From the NCBI GenBank assembly GCA_963737155.1, contig CAVTRN010000001.1, forward strand, positions 1,184,001 through 1,248,000: a stretch of 64,000 bases of DNA, given 5' to 3'. The first letter of the stretch is position 1. The number at the start of each line of letters is the position of its first letter. A program made the position numbers and the translations under genes. This stretch comes from Nitrospirota bacterium (GTDB lineage Bacteria > Nitrospirota > UBA9217). Positions 29,956 to 39,807 of the stretch are shown here, one piece after another. The notes under the pieces are model-generated. The model was given only the letters and a program-made list of their open reading frames with translations. It made no database searches and was not told the DNA's origin.

Positions 29956-31485
29956 ATGTCACGGGAGGACCTTTTGGAAAATAAAAAAGGCTTAGTTGAA
30001 ATTATTGCGGAAAGATTCTGGAAGTTTTTTTCGTCCGTAAAACTCGCGGTCATATTGCTGATCATTCTTGCTATCGTTTCTGTCATCGGGACCATCATCC
30101 AGCAGAATGAATCTCCGGCAAGCTACCTGAGAGAATACAGCCAGTCCACGGTTCATCTGTTCGAAATTCTGGGGTTTTTCGACATGTACCATACCTGGTG
30201 GTTTGTGCTTCTCCTCTTTCTTCTCACGGCAAATCTGACGGTCTGCACGCTCGACAGGTTTCCTCATACCTGGGCGATCATTAAGGCGCCGCTCAAGCCC
30301 ATTGACGACAATATGCTGAAAGCGCTGCCATTCAGAAAAGAAATCACCCTTGAGGGGGGCATGGACAAGGCGATGGAGCGGTCGGCGAAAGCGCTGAAGA
30401 ACCATGGCTATGCTTACATCGAATCAAAAGATGCGACCGGGGTGCAGCTGCTGACCCAGAAGGGCGTCTACAGCCGTTTCGGTGTCTATATCACCCACGT
30501 TAGCATTCTTCTCATTTTTATCGGTGCGCTTATCGGCTCCTTCTTCGGTTTTAAAGCATTTCTGAACCTTCCCGAAGGGGAGGCCTCTAAAGTCGTTTAT
30601 CTCCGGAACGAACCGATATGGGACCAGATCGCGGATTCGCTCGGCATTGCCAGTAGTCCCGTGATCCATAGCCCTCAGCAGGACATGCCCGCCGAGATGC
30701 CGCTCGGGTATTACGTCCGGTGCGATAATTTTGATGTGGATTATTATATCAGTCCCTCGGGCATGCCGACCGGCATGCCTTCGGAATATCACAGCATGCT
30801 CAGCATTTATAATCTCAATGGTGAGAAGATTCTCGACAAGCGTATCCGGGTTAACGATCCGCTGACCTATCACGGCGTGACCTTTTACCAGTCGAGCTAC
30901 GGCACCATACCGGACGCCCGCGGCAAAGTGATCCTGAACATCCGCAAAAAGAGCGATACCCAGTCCCCGGGCGAAACAGTGGAAGTTGAGCTAGGAGGTT
31001 CGGTGTTTGTTCCCTCCATCGACCGGACGGTGAAAGTACTTGGATTCGAGCCTTTTGGTATGCGGACCTCCGCAAACGGCGAGGTGCAGTTTTTCAAGAC
31101 GGACAACAATGAATACATCAATCCGGGCGTGGAATTAGAGATATATAACGGTGAGAAGGCGCTCTACCGGACGGTCATTTTGAAAACAGATTCGGGGCAG
31201 CCTAATATGCCCGAGGACTACATCATCAGCTATGGCGGCTATTGGGGAACGCGCTACACGGGTCTGCAGGTCACCAAAGATCCCGGAGTCTGGGTTGTTT
31301 ACCCCGGTTTTGTTATGATCTGCGTCGGTCCGCTTATCGTGTTCTTCGGGTCTCATAAGAAACTTTGGGTTAGGATACAGAGTCGTGGGAGCAAGACGAT
31401 CGTTCTCGTGGCCGGATCCGCCAACCGGAACCGCATCGGGTTTGAACGAACATTCAATAAGGTTGTTGCAGAAATATCAGGGTAA
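29956..31485 (+). CDS. resB: cytochrome c biogenesis protein ResB/Ccs1
   Basis: GTIIQQ, DMYHTWWF, THVSILLI, VNDPL..GVTFYQSSYG, GLQVTKDPG. Confidence 0.93.
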   Translation: MSREDLLENKKGLVEIIAERFWKFFSSVKLAVILLIILAIVSVIGTIIQQNESPASYLREYSQSTVHLFEILGFFDMYHTWWFVLLLFLLTANLTVCTLDRFPHTWAIIKAPLKPIDDNMLKALPFRKEITLEGGMDKAMERSAKALKNHGYAYIESKDATGVQLLTQKGVYSRFGVYITHVSILLIFIGALIGSFFGFKAFLNLPEGEASKVVYLRNEPIWDQIADSLGIASSPVIHSPQQDMPAEMPLGYYVRCDNFDVDYYISPSGMPTGMPSEYHSMLSIYNLNGEKILDKRIRVNDPLTYHGVTFYQSSYGTIPDARGKVILNIRKKSDTQSPGETVEVELGGSVFVPSIDRTVKVLGFEPFGMRTSANGEVQFFKTDNNEYINPGVELEIYNGEKALYRTVILKTDSGQPNMPEDYIISYGGYWGTRYTGLQVTKDPGVWVVYPGFVMICVGPLIVFFGSHKKLWVRIQSRGSKTIVLVAGSANRNRIGFERTFNKVVAEISG

Positions 31486-31513
31486 CACCGCATCATTACT
31501 TCAGGAGGATTCA

Positions 31514-32758
31514 ATGAATAGTTCCTTACTCTTCAGTATTGCGACTTTGTCGTATTTGGTCGCGATGGTGCTGTATATAGGCTACCTCGCGTTTCGGAAA
31601 AAAGGAATCGGCACAACCGCAACGATCGTAACGGTCTTCGGCTTTTTGGTACAGACTGTGGCGCTGCTGCTCCGGTGGCGGGAGTCCTACCAGATGGATA
31701 TCGGCAGAGTGCCACTATCCAATCTCTACGAATCCCTGGTTTTCTTCACGTGGAGCACTGTTCTGATCTATCTGATCGTCGAATTCAAGTACAAGACGAA
31801 AGCCTTAGGCGCTTTTGTGATGCCCGTGGCATTCCTCGCCCTTGCATTCATCAACGTTGCCGGAATCAGCAGCGACATCACCCCGTTGGTTCCCGCACTC
31901 AAGAGCAACTGGCTTTTCTACCATGTGCTGATAAGCTTTCTTGGCTATGCCGCTTTCGGTGTTGCTTTCGCGATCAGCATGATTTACCTGTTGGTAGATA
32001 TGGAAGAGCGGGGCTCAGCGACAAACCTGTATGCTGGTTTGGCGGCTATCGTGATTTTGGCATCGATAGGTTATTATATGGCGAGTCTGGGTGCCCAGAT
32101 GAAAACCGCGTTCTGGCTAGGGATCGGCGTGCTGGTCCTGGCATGGTTTATCTATCTTATCGTCGCCGGCGCGCGCAACAAGTCCCAGGTCTTTCTCTTC
32201 TGGTCATTCTGCGTAACGCTCGCCGTTGCTCTTCTTATTGCAATGGGCATCGATTTTGTTTACCTGGTTTCGTTCCAGCATCTCGCAACGGGTGAATCGT
32301 TCAAAAAGCACATGTTCGAATCAACCTTTCTGAATTCATCCCCTGCAATATCCATTGTCAGCTGGCTGGTGGTCCTTGCGTTCTTTTCCTTTGTATGGTC
32401 AAAGGGAATGGCGTTTAAAAATCTGCTTAAACCCTATATCCCGGCGCAAAACCTGCTTGATGACGTGACCTACCGCATGATCGCCATCGGCTGGCCACTC
32501 CTGACCGCCGGCATTATCACCGGCGCGGTCTGGGCCAATAGCGCATGGGGCACCTACTGGAGCTGGGATCCGAAGGAGACATGGTCGCTCATCACCTGGT
32601 TCATTTATGCCATCTATCTTCATGCTAGGTATGTGCGTGGATGGAAAGGGACCCAGATGGCGGTCATCTCCAGCGTCGGCTTCCTTGCAGTCATCTTCAC
32701 GTACCTCGGCGTGAACCTCGTGCTTTCCGGTCTCCATTCCTATGGAGGCATCAATTAG
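31514..32758 (+). CDS. ccsA: cytochrome c biogenesis protein CcsA/ResC with internal TM insertion
   Basis: PLSNLYES, PALKSNWL..HV, WGTYWSWDPKETW (WWD), GLHSYG. Confidence 0.93.
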   Translation: MNSSLLFSIATLSYLVAMVLYIGYLAFRKKGIGTTATIVTVFGFLVQTVALLLRWRESYQMDIGRVPLSNLYESLVFFTWSTVLIYLIVEFKYKTKALGAFVMPVAFLALAFINVAGISSDITPLVPALKSNWLFYHVLISFLGYAAFGVAFAISMIYLLVDMEERGSATNLYAGLAAIVILASIGYYMASLGAQMKTAFWLGIGVLVLAWFIYLIVAGARNKSQVFLFWSFCVTLAVALLIAMGIDFVYLVSFQHLATGESFKKHMFESTFLNSSPAISIVSWLVVLAFFSFVWSKGMAFKNLLKPYIPAQNLLDDVTYRMIAIGWPLLTAGIITGAVWANSAWGTYWSWDPKETWSLITWFIYAIYLHARYVRGWKGTQMAVISSVGFLAVIFTYLGVNLVLSGLHSYGGIN

Positions 32759-32809
32759 AGCGGAAAGAAACTTGTCCGCGAGAAGCATCAAAGTACGACA
32801 TTATTCCGG

Positions 32810-32841
32810 ACGTCGGTTATCAGTTTGATAACCGACGTTTT
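32810..32841 (+). terminator. 13-bp perfect hairpin after ccsA
   Basis: ACGTCGGTTATCA-GTT-TGATAACCGACGT followed by TTT. Confidence 0.55.
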
Positions 32842-33284
32842 GTTCTGGTATGTTAGGCATGACGCTCTGTATTTTCGCGAATGGGCAGATAAGGACACGG
32901 TGTCTGGTCAGCGACTCGGAGGCGCAAATCCTCTGCAGGCTTTGATGGGATGAATCGTTAGCTGAACAGCAATAGTATCCGGGATGACTCGGAATCCGAA
33001 GGAAGCTGTTAGCAAGGCTCCAATCTAACTTAACAGAAACGACATACAGGCAGCCACATGTGCAAGAAATAGCCAAAAGACTCAAAGTCCAATGACCATT
33101 CGAAATGTGTCGCCAGTAATATATGCTGATTAGACTTGCCGTCCATGGAGAGGAAACCACGATTTGATATTGCTGTATGGTATTCATGATTCGCTTGCAA
33201 TTCACTACTTTTTTGTCACACTATTTAGAAGTGAATAATTTTGTTGTTAATTTGTCCGTTCCTTATTCATGCGAATGAAAGGCG

Positions 33285-33836
33285 ATGATGAAAGAATTTG
33301 TTCGCAGCCGCCTCTTGGATTTTTTTGACCCAACTAGCCTGCTAGGAGCATTGGTTTATGCTGTTATCTCCTTTGGGTTAGCCCTCTTCGCAGCCCGTCT
33401 CGTGCGCATTTCATTGAAGCGGGCTACGAAGTTTTTCCCCGATACCGCAGAAGCCATCTTTACCGCCCAACTCCTCCAAGTCCTTGTGTTTTTAACGGCC
33501 TTTATCCTATATGCCCATCTCATACCCGCCCTTCGATCGTTAGGGACCGCCTTACTGACCGGAGCGAGCATTGTTTCGGTCATTGTAGGTCTCGCGGCGC
33601 AGAACTTGCTGGGGAATGTGATCGCAGGTTTTTCGATATTTCTCTTCCAGCGGTTCCATGTTGGGGATCGCCTTCAGCTGAATACACCCAAAGGGATGAC
33701 GACTGGGACGGTTGAGGCGTTGACGCTTGGTTATATGACTCTTAGGACTTCTGATAACGAGGAAATTATGGTCCCTAATAGTGTAATGGCAACTTCCGTC
33801 CTTATTCGGCTACCTCCAATGGGGGACGAAGAGTAA
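33285..33836 (+). CDS. short MscS-family mechanosensitive channel protein
   Basis: GLAAQNLLGNVIAG, FHVGD, VPNS; lacks the usual C-terminal domain. Confidence 0.8.
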   Translation: MMKEFVRSRLLDFFDPTSLLGALVYAVISFGLALFAARLVRISLKRATKFFPDTAEAIFTAQLLQVLVFLTAFILYAHLIPALRSLGTALLTGASIVSVIVGLAAQNLLGNVIAGFSIFLFQRFHVGDRLQLNTPKGMTTGTVEALTLGYMTLRTSDNEEIMVPNSVMATSVLIRLPPMGDEE

Positions 33837-34142
33837 TATGTCTTTGATGCGAGAAGAAACCTTGCGGCAACGGCAAGATGGATTCCCGTATGATAGCAGA
33901 GCCGGCAATTAAGAGGGCTAGTTAATTATTCGCTGCTGCTCGACACTTCATCGTTAGGATGACGCGAGATATAGTTTAGCAACGGCTCGGTAGCTATTCG
34001 GTCGTCGCTATGCTGAACGTTACTCCCATAGCAGAATTTTACAAATATTTACTCGATTTTCCTCTTCCGATGCCTAATTTACCTGCTTACGGATCGAGCG
34101 CAGGGGATAGTTCTGAAGCATAACGGATTCAGGAGAGAGATA

Positions 34143-34460
34143 ATGGAACATCGTTTCAGTATACACGACATTTCCACGTATTGTCGCTCCTTGAATACAT
34201 GAGTAGTGCTTGTATATATCATGTTATCGGTTCATTTTTGTAATGGGAAAAGGTGTTTTTTTATCCAAGAAGGAAAAACGCTGCCGAGGCTGATACTGCT
34301 CGGGCTGAAAATGCCAGGGATGGATGGCATAGAGGTCCTGCGCAAAATACACTACGACGAGAGGTCGAACAGTATCCTCGTGGTTATTGTTCAAATCTAG
34401 AATCTGACTGACAGGTAGCCATTAACATGGCGGGAGCATGCAGTTTTCTGCGCAAACTAT
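34143..34460 (+). pseudogene. response regulator receiver remnant
   Basis: LPRLILLGLKMPGMDGIEVLRKI; phospho-Asp replaced by G; stops present. Confidence 0.65.
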
Positions 34461-34981
34461 TCGGAACTCGATCAACCATGAAGGATTTAGAACACGTATT
34501 AATACAGACGCTTAGAATATTGTGACAATTTCGCAAAAGTATTTCTATGAAATTAACATGTTGTCCTCTTTTATTGATACAAAATATTATGCGTTTGCAT
34601 TAGTATGCTGGTTGGGTCAGAATGCCCCTTCCGTGACGAAATCAATATGATTTTTTATTTCCACGAGAAAGAGCTAAGAGTTTCGACCAATCACCATTAC
34701 GCGGTCATAGGTGCTCATGTTGAGGTTCAGGATCGATTAAAAGTAAAGAATTACAATTGAAATAGGCAGGGCGGGAGCCTACATGAATTCTGCAGTCAAT
34801 GCGAGTTTTACGGACATACGGAATTCTTTTTTAAATTAACTATCTCGATCCCGATTATGCGCATATCATCGCGGAGTCTGGGGACGCCTGCTGCACTGCC
34901 AACCTCTTACTCGCACTTCGAGAAAAGGAGGAACGGCGTTTCACGGAATCCTCTGATATACTTATGGAAGGAGGGATATAG

Positions 34982-35662
34982 ATGCATCGTGCTATTGCTT
35001 TTTCCCTGATGGTAGTTTTGACCATGTCGGCGGGTTGTGCATCAGCGCCGCCCAAAGATGTGCGATTCTCTTGGAAGTTTTACAGTGCCCCGACTCTCTC
35101 ACCGGAAACGTTCTTCGGCCAGAGTGTTGCAATTTTCCCGACCGCAAGCATTAAATATGATCCCTCTCAAGAGATATATCGCGAAACCCTTTCGGGTATT
35201 CTCTATACAGCGCTAAGCAAATATTCCGACGGACCGCGCATTTTATCGTTCGATGCCGTTCAGAGCGGCATCAATAAAAAAGAACTCTGGAACGACTTCA
35301 AGCTCATGTATAGCGAATATCAGAAAACGGCCGTGCTTCGAGAAGATCTTTTGTCGAAGATCGGCCAGGCGGTAGGCGCACGCTACGTCATCGTTCCGCA
35401 GCTTCTCAGGTTCCAGTCGGAGACCTTTGACCGCGCCGTTATCTTTGGAGTCTCTTTTCTGCGGACTCGCCAGTCGAGCGTCGATATTCACGTGCAAATA
35501 TGGGACACGGTCACGGGCGAAGTGGTCTGGGAAGGCGCTAGCGAAGGAACCACTGCATCAGAGGTCGTCCGGAGCCAGCCAGCAAGTTTTATGGCGGTGG
35601 CAGAAAACGCCTGCGAGAGCTTGGTCTCGAGAATGCCATGGGTGAAGACTGAGAATCGGTAA
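34982..35662 (+). CDS. putative lipoprotein, copy 1
   Basis: signal peptide with SAG|C lipobox; IWDTVTGEVVW (CsgG/LpoB-like fold by inference). Confidence 0.8.
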   Translation: MHRAIAFSLMVVLTMSAGCASAPPKDVRFSWKFYSAPTLSPETFFGQSVAIFPTASIKYDPSQEIYRETLSGILYTALSKYSDGPRILSFDAVQSGINKKELWNDFKLMYSEYQKTAVLREDLLSKIGQAVGARYVIVPQLLRFQSETFDRAVIFGVSFLRTRQSSVDIHVQIWDTVTGEVVWEGASEGTTASEVVRSQPASFMAVAENACESLVSRMPWVKTENR

Positions 35663-35664
35663 TC

Positions 35665-35904
35665 GCGCTCTTCGTTGTGGTCAATCAAGACATGCTGGAA
35701 GGTGCCGGCACACCAGATTTGGCGTTAATAACGACGTGCGGCGTAGTTCTTTCTACGGTACGCTGGGTCTATTCACTTGCGGTTATATATGGTGCGTGCG
35801 CGGTCGGAGATGCAGAAGTGAACCGCGTGCTGATGGATAAGGTTCTCCCCTGGCAGGCTACTTTCGTGACCACGCGAGAATTACTTCAATGCTTTCGTTG
35901 TTAA
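35665..35904 (+). pseudogene. isochorismatase/cysteine hydrolase C-terminal remnant
   Basis: TTCGVVLSTVRW...ACA...EVNRVLMDKVLPWQAT. Confidence 0.6.
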
Positions 35905-36159
35905 AGATGTAAAGCGATGATAGTGGGGTTAATCTGGGGATGAAACGCGCAAGATGTCCTTTTGAATCCTGCAGTCAATGCGAGTTTTGCGAACATGCGG
36001 AGTTCTTTTCGAATATTAATTATCCCACCCCGGTTCATTCGCATATCATCGCAAAATTAGGAGACACCCGCCGAACTACCGCTCGCTTACTCGGACATCG
36101 AGACAAGGAGGAACGGCGTTCCCCGGAAACCTTTGATATCCTTATGGAAGGAGGGATAT

Positions 36160-36840
36160 ATGCATCGCGTTATTGCTTTTTCCCTGATGGCAATTTTGAC
36201 AATTTCGGCGGGTTGTGCATCAGCGCCGCCCAAAGATGTACGCTTCTCCTGGAAGTTTTACAGTGCCCCGACGCTCTCACCGGAAACGTTCTTCGGTCAG
36301 AGTGTCGCAATTTTCCCAACCGCAAGTATTAAATACGATCCCACCCAAGAGATATATCGCGAAACCCTTTCGGGAGTCCTCTATACGGCGCTAAGCAAAT
36401 ATTCCGACGGACCGCGCATTTTATCATTCGATGCCGTTCAGAGTAGCATCAATAAAAAAGAACTCTGGAACGATTTCAAGCTCATGTACAGCGAATATCA
36501 GAAAACTGCCGTGTTGCGGGAAGACTTTCTGTCGAAGATCGGCCAAGCGGTAGACGCACGCTACGTCATCGTTCCGCAGCTTCTCAGGTTCCAGTCGGAG
36601 ACCTTTGACCGCGCCGTTATCCTGGGGGTCTCTTTTCTCCGGACCCGCCAGTCGAGCGTTGATATCCACGTGCAAATATGGGACACGGTCACGGGCGAAG
36701 TGGTCTGGGATGGCGCCACTGAAGGCTCAACTGCATCAGAGGTCGTCCGGAGCCAGTCGGCAAGTTTTATGGCGGTGGCAGAAAACGCCTGCGAGAGCCT
36801 GGTGTCGAGAATGCCATGGATAAAGACTGAGAAGAAGTAG
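36160..36840 (+). CDS. putative lipoprotein, copy 2
   Basis: about 92% aa identical to 34982-35662 by manual count. Confidence 0.8.
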   Translation: MHRVIAFSLMAILTISAGCASAPPKDVRFSWKFYSAPTLSPETFFGQSVAIFPTASIKYDPTQEIYRETLSGVLYTALSKYSDGPRILSFDAVQSSINKKELWNDFKLMYSEYQKTAVLREDFLSKIGQAVDARYVIVPQLLRFQSETFDRAVILGVSFLRTRQSSVDIHVQIWDTVTGEVVWDGATEGSTASEVVRSQSASFMAVAENACESLVSRMPWIKTEKK

Positions 36841-36986
36841 ACGTGCGGGCGGAGAACATGAAATCGGAGAAGGTCGAGAAAGCAGGAGCTAAAGGTTGTT
36901 GTTGGGATTTATGACCTTTTACGTTATTCGAAAAGGATGTATCTCGTTTAACAATGATAGAGAAAATAGCAGGTAAAAAATAGGAT

Positions 36987-37397
36987 ATGAAATGGATAAT
37001 CACAAATAAGCAAACATGCCTAAATCTTATTAGCGCCATAATCCTGGTGGTTGGCTTGGGGGGTGCCATCTTAATTTATCTGATGGCTGAAAATAATCCG
37101 GGAAACATATTGGGATACGAAGTAGCAGGTGGTGCCGTATATCCTGTTACTCCTGAAAATACCAAGATTTACGAGCGTGATTTGGAACTCTATGGCGGCA
37201 AAGCGGCCGTACTTACGAATGAATTCAGATATTGGTTTATCGGGTTATGGCATGGAAAATCACTTGCATTCACAGTTGCCTGCATTACCATTTTAATATC
37301 CTTTGGGGTTTTCTTTTTTGCCAATCATATCTCATCCGATTTAACATCTAATCCCCGAGACAAAAACAATCGCCGCGGAAAATATTTCAACCCGTAG
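36987..37397 (+). CDS. hypothetical membrane protein
   Basis: two TM segments; YERDLELYGGKAAVL...WHGKSLAFT. Confidence 0.7.
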   Translation: MKWIITNKQTCLNLISAIILVVGLGGAILIYLMAENNPGNILGYEVAGGAVYPVTPENTKIYERDLELYGGKAAVLTNEFRYWFIGLWHGKSLAFTVACITILISFGVFFFANHISSDLTSNPRDKNNRRGKYFNP

Positions 37398-37735
37398 CCG
37401 TATGAAGTAATGTATAAGAGTGGGGCGCCAGGACAGATTCTCCCTGGTGGTCCGAATTCGACTGTCATATTTTAAGAGTGATTATTTCGCGTATAACTAT
37501 GTGGCATGGTGAATTACTTAAAGCGGTGTGGGATTTAAAATCATTTATTAATGGTTTCATAATTGTCTGCATATACTACCGACCGTACTCCACACTTTTT
37601 TTTATTGGGGATTCAGAAGCAAGCACGGATGAGGCTGGATCCCTCCACATAGTCGACGTGGAGAGATGATAGAGCCAGAATTCGTTCGCTTTTATCACTT
37701 GACAACTCTTGCTCTGTCACTATAATCACCAGATT

Positions 37736-39265
37736 GTGCAACAGGAATTCCCCGATATACCACCTGCGACTCCGGCCGAAGTCAAGACTGTTCTCGCCGG
37801 CTTGATGTTAGCGCTCATGCTCGCTTCGCTCGACCAGAACATCGTCGGTGTTGCGTTGCCGAGGATCGTGAGCGACTTGGGTGGCCTTTCACATCTGTCG
37901 TGGGTTGTCACGTCATTCATGCTTACTTCAACGACTACTACACCCCTTTACGGTAAGCTGAGTGACATGTATGGCCGCAAACCGTTGTTTATCACAGCGA
38001 TCCTCATCTTCCTTGTTGGGTCTTGCCTTTGCGGGCTGTCTGGATCTATGACCCAGCTCGTCGTATTTCGTGGGATTCAAGGGCTTGGCGGGGGCGGCCT
38101 TATAACGCTCGCGATGACGACCATAGCTGACCTCGTCGCGCCGCGCGAGCGCGGCCGCTACCAGGGCTACTTTGGCGCGGTTTTTGCCTTCTCAAGCATC
38201 GCGGGCCCGCTTCTGGGCGGATTTATCACCGAGGCCCTATCATGGAGATGGATTTTCTATGTCAATCTGCCGATCGGCGCTCTTGCCTTGCTTTTTTTTA
38301 TTTTCGGATTTCACCGCCCTAGCCACGTCGTTTCTCACCGGATAGATTATGCGGGAGCGGCATTGCTCACCGTAGCAACGGTCGCTCTTCTTTTGGTGCT
38401 GACCTGGGGAGGCGTGCAGTACGCTTGGTCGTCGCCGCTCATTTTGGGCTTGGCCGTATCGGTTATCGTGCTAGTCTTGCTCCTCGTCCTTGCGGAAGGC
38501 CGATCCATGGAGCCGGTGCTCCCTCCTCACATCCTTCAAAACAGGGTTTTCATGATAGCTACGAGCGTCATGTTTCTTACATTTATGGGACTGTTCGGCG
38601 TCGCCATTTTCCTTCCGCTTTTTTTCCAGCTTGTTCTCGGATTCACGCCCGCGGGCGCCGGGCTCATGCTCGCGCCCATGACCGGCGGTGTGGTCGTGGC
38701 ATCTTTCCTCGGAGGACGCCTCGTGTCTCGCACCGGACGGTATAAGATATTCCCTGTTGTGGGGCTGGCCGCGGCAACGCTTGCGTTTCTATCAGTCATG
38801 TGGGCGGCCGTCGTGGGAGCAAGTGTCAGCTTCGTCGAAGTCTCGCTCGTCGTCCTCGGCATGGGCTTCGGTCTCGTCATGCCGAACCTCATGGTCGCAA
38901 TTCAGAACGCCGTTCTGCCTATTGAACTGGGCTCAGCAACGGCCGCCTCGACTTTCTTCCGATCGCTTGGCGGCACTTTCGGTGTCGCAATCTCGGGCGC
39001 CATCATGACGGCTCAGTTGCAGGCATCGCATTCGGAGAAGTGGACGAGAATGGGGAATGGGGCGCGGTCTCTGCTCGAACAGGGGATTCAGCAGATCAAA
39101 CAGCTGCCGGTCGTTCAGAAAGAGTTAGTCATTGGAGCATACAGGCATGCGATTAGCACCACGTTTCTGCTCGGGTCGGCTATCATTGCACTCGCGTTCA
39201 TCCTGGTACTCTTTCTCCCTGAGCATCCGCTTAAAACCTCTCGTGGATTATCTGATCGACAGTAG
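37736..39265 (+). CDS. MFS transporter, DHA2 (EmrB/QacA) family
   Basis: LDQNIV.VALP, GKLSDMYGRK, WRWIFYVNLPIG; GTG start inferred. Confidence 0.93.
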   Translation: MQQEFPDIPPATPAEVKTVLAGLMLALMLASLDQNIVGVALPRIVSDLGGLSHLSWVVTSFMLTSTTTTPLYGKLSDMYGRKPLFITAILIFLVGSCLCGLSGSMTQLVVFRGIQGLGGGGLITLAMTTIADLVAPRERGRYQGYFGAVFAFSSIAGPLLGGFITEALSWRWIFYVNLPIGALALLFFIFGFHRPSHVVSHRIDYAGAALLTVATVALLLVLTWGGVQYAWSSPLILGLAVSVIVLVLLLVLAEGRSMEPVLPPHILQNRVFMIATSVMFLTFMGLFGVAIFLPLFFQLVLGFTPAGAGLMLAPMTGGVVVASFLGGRLVSRTGRYKIFPVVGLAAATLAFLSVMWAAVVGASVSFVEVSLVVLGMGFGLVMPNLMVAIQNAVLPIELGSATAASTFFRSLGGTFGVAISGAIMTAQLQASHSEKWTRMGNGARSLLEQGIQQIKQLPVVQKELVIGAYRHAISTTFLLGSAIIALAFILVLFLPEHPLKTSRGLSDRQ

Positions 39266-39807
39266 AATCTTCGTTGCGTCGAAGCTCCTGTCTGTTCAGA
39301 ACATTCAGCGACAGCGCCGATGCCTTGGGGAAAATGTTCACGACGGCTGGTGCGCTCGCCGTCGGGCAGCCGATCTACGACGTACCAAATGGTTGGAGTG
39401 GCAGCTTTCTGATAACAGGCATTCCGATGATTTTACTCGCCCATCGAGCTCATCTCTGGCAACAAGAATCGTTGGTACGCCTGATGTAACGCACCTCCGC
39501 ATCAGGATGACGAAGTTGGGTGATGTGTTCAAATCACACAGGTACGCCGTTCATGTAGAATGTTAAAGTGTATTTTTTAGCTAATATTCTGTACCCCTAT
39601 TTATCGGTCATCACTACATGATAGTAACATGCCGTTTATATGCCGTGAATATCGTAAAGTTAGCCGATCCAATTCCAACCGTGTGAGTTCGGCATTTCAC
39701 CCGCATAGCACGAAGGAGGCGTGAGGAGTAATCCAGAGCGTTAAGTTATCCCAGGATGATGACGAAAAATAAAATAAAACCTGTCGCGGGCAATTCCTCG
39801 AGTCTAG

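Larger units (their letters stand above)
34786..36832 (+). repeat. direct duplication of about 870 bp (34786-35653 vs 35964-36832)
   Basis: shared upstream ~195 bp starting GAAT(T/C)CTGCAGTCAATGCGAGTTTT plus the whole gene. Confidence 0.9.

Noticed and set aside
32792-32858. integron attC site (hairpin ending in GTTAGGC)
   Set aside because: The left RYYYAAC box is degenerate, and there is no integrase or repeated attC; a terminator is the simpler explanation
37421-37465. tmRNA or tRNA-Sec-like start (GGGGCG...ATTCGAC)
   Set aside because: No matching 3' end or cloverleaf
39274-39489. MFS-like fragment after the DHA2 transporter
   Set aside because: Too short and weak to assign
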